Below, piece by piece: positions 26,752 through 32,000 of a DNA stretch of 32,000 nucleotides; positions within the stretch are counted from its first letter, which is position 1, and every line of letters starts with the position of its first letter. The DNA lies in NCBI RefSeq assembly GCF_000253055.1, contig NC_016070.1:960001-992000 (forward strand), given 5' to 3'. Both the position numbers and the translations under genes were made by a program. The notes beneath the pieces are model-generated. The model was given only the letters and a program-made list of their open reading frames with translations, ran no database searches and was not told the origin of the DNA. This stretch comes from Thermoproteus tenax Kra 1 (GTDB lineage: Archaea; Thermoproteota; Thermoprotei; Thermoproteales; Thermoproteaceae).

Positions 26752-27869
26752 TGGAGTTAGCAAAACTATCGGGCGTTACTCTGGTCTACGGGCCAGCCGG
26801 CGCGGGCAAGACCACCTTCGCAGCTTGGTATGTGTACGCCCGCTCCGCGCGTGCCCTGTGGATCTCATTGTTTGAGGACGAGGCCACGTTCCGGCGAAAT
26901 ATGGCAAATCTCGGCTACAACTTCGGCGATAGGTTGATCTTCTGGGAGGCGCCGGCGGTGGAGGATCTGGCCGCCGTCTTTGAGCTGATCGCAGACGCTG
27001 TGGCAAAGAATAAGCCCGATATAGTGGTTCTGGACTCTGTGACTGAGCTTATATCGGGCGGCGACGTCCACGCTGGCCTTAGGGCGGTTCACAATCTTAT
27101 CTATAGGCTTATGAAGAGCATTGGAGCCGATGTGGTGATGACGGCGGAGAGACAAGTCGCAGAGAGGCTTATGTACATCGCCGATAATGTGATCGAGCTT
27201 CGATACGATATCTTCCCCTACGGCACTGTGAGGGAGATGGTCGTGAGGAAGATAAGAGGGTCTAAAGCCGGCTACGCGTTGCCCTACGCCATAGCTGAGG
27301 GGCTCGGCCTCGTCATCATGAAGCCGCCCTCTCTAAGGCGGGCTGGCGAGGTTCTGAAAACCGGCGTTGTCTGTTTCGATGAAACGTTCGGAGGTCTGGC
27401 GCCTGGAGCTGTGTATGCGCTGATAGGTCCGGTGGGAGCCGGCAAGTCTACGTTGATGTTGAAAGTTGCTGAGGGTCTGAGGAGAGCGGGTAAAAGGGCC
27501 GTCTACCTCAGCTTTTTGGGCGATGCCGATATGTTGAAGAACAGATACGATGTAGAGGCCTACAATGCTCCGTTGGACGTGGAGGAGTTCCTGCTCCAGT
27601 TCTTCTCGCTTGCCGTCAGAGAGCGGGCCGATGCAGTCTTGATAGACGCGATAGACTTAATGGCGCAGTTCTTTGGAAAAGAGGTGTTTTTCACCGTGTT
27701 GCTTCAAATTATAAGAATAGCCAAGGCCTCGGGCGTACCCGTCGTGATCTCCCTCGCTCAAGACTGGAATATAACAAACTTCCTAGATGCAGTAGCATAT
27801 ATCTCCAGCGGCACTATAAAGGCCGTGAAGTCTCCGCTCGGGAGATCGGCTTCTGAGACCAAATGTTAG
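26742..27869 (+). CDS. Tandem-domain KaiC/RecA-superfamily ATPase
   Basis: Two Walker A motifs, 'VYGPAGAGKTTFAAWYV' and 'LIGPVGAGKSTLMLKVAEGL', each followed by a Walker B-like strand ('DIVVLDSVTEL', 'DAVLIDAIDLM'). Confidence 0.82.
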   Translation: MDLMELAKLSGVTLVYGPAGAGKTTFAAWYVYARSARALWISLFEDEATFRRNMANLGYNFGDRLIFWEAPAVEDLAAVFELIADAVAKNKPDIVVLDSVTELISGGDVHAGLRAVHNLIYRLMKSIGADVVMTAERQVAERLMYIADNVIELRYDIFPYGTVREMVVRKIRGSKAGYALPYAIAEGLGLVIMKPPSLRRAGEVLKTGVVCFDETFGGLAPGAVYALIGPVGAGKSTLMLKVAEGLRRAGKRAVYLSFLGDADMLKNRYDVEAYNAPLDVEEFLLQFFSLAVRERADAVLIDAIDLMAQFFGKEVFFTVLLQIIRIAKASGVPVVISLAQDWNITNFLDAVAYISSGTIKAVKSPLGRSASETKC

Positions 27870-27936
27870 TCCGCATTCACAGAGATGGACAGCGGGACTA
27901 GGACGGCTTGCGAAAAATAGAGGCGGCTCAGAGATC

Positions 27937-28173
27937 CGTCTGTCCCTAGGCGCCCACCGCTGATCGCAGCCGGCCACTTGCGCCCAGGGGCCTCCTCCTC
28001 GCCTGCGCCTTCGCCGACGGCCCGGCTGTCTCCGGCGCGGGGCCATCGGGCATGGGGGCAACGGCCCCCCTCCAGGTGCAGCCCCGGTCGGGCGCCTCAT
28101 GGTACTGCCCTTGCCGCCATAGATACACGCGTTTAAGCCCTCCGCCTGCCGCCAAAAGACGCAGAATTTTTCT
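27937..28173 (-). repeat. Dispersed repeat copy C (longest copy, inverted relative to A and B)
   Basis: Reverse complement runs agaaaaattctgcgtcttttggcggcagg...gcctagggacagacgg. It contains everything seen in copy B (5' part) and copy A (3' part). Confidence 0.93.
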
Positions 28174-28257
28174 AGCGATCGGTATGAAACAGCCCCGCCT
28201 TAAAGGACAAGGCTCTCGGTTGTAATAAAAGATAATAACTACGCCCCATGTAACAAT

Positions 28258-28668
28258 ATGCCCAAGAGGGCGATCCCCCTAAGGGTCTCCGACGTTATGG
28301 TCAGAGAGGTTGTGACCGCCGGCAAGAATACCCCCTTGAGGGAGGTGGCCAACACCATGTACGAGAAGAGGATCGGCAGCGTCGTGATAACCGACGAGTC
28401 GGGCAGAGTGGCCGGGATAGTGACCGAGCGCGACGTAGTCTACGCGTGCGCCCGCGGCATGTCGCCCGACTCGCCCATATGGATGATCATGACCGAGAGC
28501 CCCATAACGATCGAGCCCGAGGCGCCCCTGCTTGAGGCCGTGGAGAAGATGAGGAATCTAAACGCCAGACACCTCCCAGTGGTGGACAAAGAGGGGAGGC
28601 CCATCGGTATATTGAGCATGCGCGACGTGTTGGACCTCGCCTCCCTATTGATAAAAATAAGGGAATAA
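28258..28668 (+). CDS. CBS-domain pair protein
   Basis: 'VSDVMVREVVTAGKNTPLREVANTMYEKRIGSVVITDESGRVAGIVTERDVVYA...PIGILSMRDVLDLASLLI'. Confidence 0.92.
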   Translation: MPKRAIPLRVSDVMVREVVTAGKNTPLREVANTMYEKRIGSVVITDESGRVAGIVTERDVVYACARGMSPDSPIWMIMTESPITIEPEAPLLEAVEKMRNLNARHLPVVDKEGRPIGILSMRDVLDLASLLIKIRE

Positions 28669-28678
28669 AAAGGGGTTT

Positions 28679-30046
28679 TTACGAACTGAAGAGCGGCTGT
28701 CCCTGCGGGAAGACCGTTATCTGGCCGGTTCTGCCCTCATAGAACCCAGCGTTTATCCACGTTGGCGTCCCGTTTACTATCGCCACGCCCATTATCAGAT
28801 AGTTGGCATATATTCTGTCGTGGTATTGGTCTAGATACACTGGGCCCGTGACGCCGACGTAGGTGCCGTTCTGGCCCCACTGCTCCAACACTGAGTTTAT
28901 GACGGTGGGGTCTGTGGAGCCGGTCTGAGCTATGGCGGTCATTATGAACATAGCAGCATCATACGCGTACGGATCGTAGGCTACAGGCGGGTGTCCACAG
29001 AACTGAGTGTATTCTTTGACGAACTGTTGATAGCGCGGATCGCTGGGATTGGGCGCTGCTATAGTGGCCAAGAACTTGGCGGCCGCCAACGCCTTGCCGG
29101 CGCCTTGCAACAACGTGGTGGAGCCGGCTATGCCGTCAGTCCCTATCCATCTGACCTTCGAGAGAACTGGGTCGCTAGCGGCGGCCTGGGCTACAGCCAC
29201 GCCGTCTTGCTCAAACGTCACCATCACAAACGCGGCGTCGGGGCCGGGGGTGCCCAACGCTTGGGAGGCCTTCTGGACGGCGGCCTGCTCGGCGGCCGGC
29301 ATAGCCGAGGGAGATGGGTCGTAGCCGAATGAGCCTAGCACCTGTATCCCGTATTTAGCCGAGGCGTTGGCTATCGCGGCCGAGAGCCCTTGTCCCCAAG
29401 TGTCGGATCTATAGACTATTACAATACGTTTGACCCCCAGATAGTGTAGGAGAGCCGCTATGGCGTTGCCCTGGTAGAAGTCTGTGGGCACCAGCCTGAA
29501 GACATAGGGCTTGGGCACGGCGAGGGCCGGGGACGTTGAGGACTGGCTGACGATGATTATGTGGTTCTGCTCCGCGAAGCCCATCACCGCCGACACCTCG
29601 GCGCTGGCCATGGGCCCTACCACGAACCTAATGCCCTGCGCGTATAGAGTCTGGAGCTTCTGTAGGGCGGTGTTGGGGTCTGTGGCCGTATCCTGAACCA
29701 CCAGCTGGAATTGTATGCCCTTGCTCGCGAACATCTGGTTTGCGTCGTGGACTGCAAGCTGTACAGCGCACTGAGAGCCGAGGCCATAGCTCTGCAGCGC
29801 CCCCGTCAGCGGCAGCAACGCGCCGATGGTGACCGTCTGGACGGCTTGAGTTGTCGTCGACGTAGTGGCGGTCGCCGTTGACTGCGGAGACGTAGTAGTC
29901 GTGGTCGCCGTCGACTGCGTCGTAGTTGTGGTGGCGGACACATAGGCGGACGAGGCCGGCCTCTGGGAGGCAAGATATGCGGCGACAGCCGCTATTATTA
30001 TCACCAATACAACGACCCCGATTATTATGCCTGTCTTCGAGGCCAT
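28679..30046 (-). CDS. Branched-chain amino-acid-type ABC transporter substrate-binding protein
   Basis: 'VQTVTIGALLPLTGALQSYGLGSQCAVQLAVHDANQ', 'VGPMASAEVSAVMGFAEQNHIIIVSQSSTSPAL'. N-terminal anchor and Thr-rich linker. Confidence 0.93.
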   Translation of the reverse strand: MASKTGIIIGVVVLVIIIAAVAAYLASQRPASSAYVSATTTTTQSTATTTTTSPQSTATATTSTTTQAVQTVTIGALLPLTGALQSYGLGSQCAVQLAVHDANQMFASKGIQFQLVVQDTATDPNTALQKLQTLYAQGIRFVVGPMASAEVSAVMGFAEQNHIIIVSQSSTSPALAVPKPYVFRLVPTDFYQGNAIAALLHYLGVKRIVIVYRSDTWGQGLSAAIANASAKYGIQVLGSFGYDPSPSAMPAAEQAAVQKASQALGTPGPDAAFVMVTFEQDGVAVAQAAASDPVLSKVRWIGTDGIAGSTTLLQGAGKALAAAKFLATIAAPNPSDPRYQQFVKEYTQFCGHPPVAYDPYAYDAAMFIMTAIAQTGSTDPTVINSVLEQWGQNGTYVGVTGPVYLDQYHDRIYANYLIMGVAIVNGTPTWINAGFYEGRTGQITVFPQGQPLFSS

Positions 30047-30084
30047 AAGGCACTATTAAAATGGAACTATTAAAATATTGAAAT

Positions 30085-30098
30085 ATATAGATCTATAT
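30085..30098. promoter_or_regulatory. Perfect 14-nt palindrome in the livJ/livH-like divergent intergenic region
   Basis: atatagatctatat equals its own reverse complement. Confidence 0.4.
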
Positions 30099-30145
30099 GA
30101 CTAATAGAGGTGGCAATGCTTTTAAATATCATGTTAATCCGCGCC

Positions 30146-31090
30146 ATGTTCAACAGCTTCTTAGACGATGTGTTGATCCCGGCGATAATATTTTCCAATA
30201 TCTACGCACTGGCCTCAATAGGTCTGACGATGACATACATCACGACTAAAATACCTTCGTTCGCGCATGGGGATCTGGCGGCAGTGGGGGCCTATGCAGC
30301 CTTCTATCTCTCATATTTTCTCTACGGCTCCATAATACCGGGCTCCGTCTATGTGGCAATGCCGGCGGCTGCTCTGGCCGGAGCCGCAGTTGCATATCTC
30401 TCCTATATCGGAGTGTTCAGGCCGATGATCAGGCGCAATGCGAGTATAACAACGCTAATGATAGCCTCCTTCGGTCTCCACTTCGTGATATTCGGAATCC
30501 TAGCCATAATTGATAGCGCGGTCCAAACGGCCTACGGGTGGACCACGAGGAACTTTCTCCTGAGCACAGGCCAGATCCATCTGCCCGGCCTCACTCTCAA
30601 CGACGTGATAGCTCTCACGAGCACCATCTTTCTAGCGGCTATATTGGCGGCGCTCTACTGGCTGTTGAACAAGACCAAATTCGGAGTGATCATGAGGGCC
30701 AGCATAGACAACGCCCCCCTCGCCAAGGCGATGGGCATAGAGGTTGAGCGCGTCTACGCCATATCGTGGCTGATAATAGGGGCTATAACGGGCATTGCTG
30801 GGGTCTTCATGGGGATGATATTTCCGGTCACTGAGGAGCTGGGCTGGCTCAGACTGCCGATCATATTCATTGCGGTCGTGGTGGGCGGTCTCTCGAACAT
30901 ATACGGGAGCGTGATCGGGTCCTACATAGTTGGGTTCAGCATGGTGCTCGGCTTCAACTACATTTTGTCTCCTCTGAACCTTCCGCCCGAGTACGAGCTC
31001 GCCATACCCTTCGCTATAGTGATCGCGGTGTTGCTCCTAGCGCCCCAAGGGATAGCTGGGCTGATAGCCGGCGCCAGGCGTAGGACATGA
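30146..31090 (+). CDS. LivH-like branched-chain amino-acid ABC transporter permease
   Basis: 'FSNIYALASIGLTMTYITTKIPSFAHGDLAAVGAYAAFYLSYF', 'TKFGVIMRASIDNAPLAKAMGIEVERVYAISWLIIGAITGIAGVFMG'. Start could be 30110 or 30116. ATG 30146 is supported by ttttaaata about 24 nt upstream and the family N-terminus. Confidence 0.88.
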   Translation: MFNSFLDDVLIPAIIFSNIYALASIGLTMTYITTKIPSFAHGDLAAVGAYAAFYLSYFLYGSIIPGSVYVAMPAAALAGAAVAYLSYIGVFRPMIRRNASITTLMIASFGLHFVIFGILAIIDSAVQTAYGWTTRNFLLSTGQIHLPGLTLNDVIALTSTIFLAAILAALYWLLNKTKFGVIMRASIDNAPLAKAMGIEVERVYAISWLIIGAITGIAGVFMGMIFPVTEELGWLRLPIIFIAVVVGGLSNIYGSVIGSYIVGFSMVLGFNYILSPLNLPPEYELAIPFAIVIAVLLLAPQGIAGLIAGARRRT

Positions 31091-32000
31091 ACAGACACGT
31101 CGTAGTTCTGGCCGCCCTTGTCGCCCTCGCCGTAGCTCTGTCCGTCTTGCTCGCCCTCTTCCCTGAGCTCAAGGGCATACGCATCTTGCTAGAGAACCTC
31201 CTGATATATATTACTATATATGGAATATATGTGCTCAGCCTCAACCTTGAGGTCGGCTACCTCGGAATACCCCAGTTCGGCAAAGTGATGTTTCTGACGA
31301 TAGGGGCCATAGCGGTAGGCGGCATTGCGACTAAGCTCATGCTCTTGATCTATCAGAGCGTGGTCGCTTCGTCAATAGGCGTATCCCCGCTGAGCAATAT
31401 CCACAACTACTGCACTCTCTATCAGTACTCTGTGATCAGTATAGTGAACCAACAGCTCGCCCTAAACCCCGTCCTTGGGCTCGGCTATCTGCTCTTCGGG
31501 ATTATTCTGGCTATGATACTCTCGGCCGTCCTCGGTCTGTTGTTTGCATATCCGGCGATAAGGCTGAAGGAGGACTACTTGGGCATATTGCTCCTGGTCA
31601 GCGCCGAGTTCATCCGGATCGTCACCTACTACGCTACGCCGGTTGCGTGCGGCGTCAATGGAGCAGTTATTCCAGACCCCTTCGCCTGGGCCGTTGGCGA
31701 GGAGAGGACCCTAGTCTTCCTGGCGGCCTCGGCCCTCTTCTTGGTCGTTGCCTTCTTGGTGTTCCAGAGGTTGGGGAACTCGCCCTTCGGGAGGGCACTT
31801 AGGGCTATACGCGACGCCGAGACTGCAGCGTCGGTGTTCGGCAAAGACATCGTTAAGTTTAGAATCAGAGTGCTCGCCGTATCCTCGGCCTTCGGAGGCC
31901 TGGCCGGAGCTCTACTGGCCTACTATTTCGATTACACTATTCTGGGCACCTTCTTGCCCATTTATACATTCATCGGTTGGACTATGCTCATACTGGGAGG
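31087..32000 (+). CDS. LivM-like branched-chain amino-acid ABC transporter permease, truncated at window end
   Basis: Frame from ATG 31087 is open to the window end and is missing from the ORF track: MNRHVVVLAALVALAVALSVLL...LNLEVGYLGIPQFGKVMFLTIGAIAVGG...YPAIRLKEDYLGILLLVSAEFIRIV. Confidence 0.9.
   Translation, partial: MNRHVVVLAALVALAVALSVLLALFPELKGIRILLENLLIYITIYGIYVLSLNLEVGYLGIPQFGKVMFLTIGAIAVGGIATKLMLLIYQSVVASSIGVSPLSNIHNYCTLYQYSVISIVNQQLALNPVLGLGYLLFGIILAMILSAVLGLLFAYPAIRLKEDYLGILLLVSAEFIRIVTYYATPVACGVNGAVIPDPFAWAVGEERTLVFLAASALFLVVAFLVFQRLGNSPFGRALRAIRDAETAASVFGKDIVKFRIRVLAVSSAFGGLAGALLAYYFDYTILGTFLPIYTFIGWTMLILG

Noticed and set aside
27783-28100. 105-aa minus-strand ORF partly in repeat copy C
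   Set aside because: It extends from the repeat into the 3' end of the KaiC-like gene antisense, with low-complexity Arg/Gly/Pro composition. Treated as repeat-derived noise.
29860-30000. Thr/Ser/Ala-rich low-complexity stretch near the N-terminus of the substrate-binding protein
   Set aside because: Typical linker between membrane anchor and binding domain in archaeal solute-binding proteins, not an unexplained repeat.
1-32000. CRISPR arrays, tRNA or rRNA genes
   Set aside because: No regularly spaced identical repeats and no recognisable tRNA T-loop/acceptor combination or rRNA-like block were seen while reading. A tRNAscan-SE or Infernal run would be needed to exclude intron-containing or split tRNAs.

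Overview
The window is dense, single-origin archaeal DNA. Leaderless TATA-type promoters, the product set, and the prepilin and SCP-x thiolase/DUF35 types suggest a crenarchaeon of the Thermoproteales kind. That placement is inference, not a database match. Blocks from left to right: (1) two CBS-domain proteins; (2) an acyl-CoA metabolism cluster with SCP-x-type thiolase, DUF35 partner, two acyl-CoA dehydrogenases, an ATP-cone protein on the opposite strand, an AMP-forming acyl/acetyl-CoA synthetase, a 4HBT thioesterase and a family III CoA-transferase; (3) a BMP-family (nucleoside-type) ABC transporter; (4) two divergent MFS transporters; (5) glutamate dehydrogenase and a pyruvoyl-type aspartate decarboxylase (PanD); (6) a type IV pilus-like locus with class III prepilin-like proteins, two very large exported proteins, two T2SF/TadC-like membrane proteins and a secretion ATPase, followed by a small unknown ORF and a tandem two-domain KaiC/RecA-like ATPase; (7) another CBS protein and a branched-chain amino-acid-type ABC transporter (LivJ/H/M-like) whose LivM runs off the end. 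The most interesting items are a highly conserved dispersed repeat in three copies (full, truncated, inverted) that could be a small mobile element or structured RNA; the pilus locus with a pilin-like protein whose C-terminus resembles a PA14 adhesin domain, next to a tandem KaiC-like ATPase; a Trp-to-Gly substitution at the acyl-pocket motif of the CoA synthetase; and a near-perfect palindrome straddling the TATA box of that gene. No tRNA, rRNA or CRISPR array was recognised.
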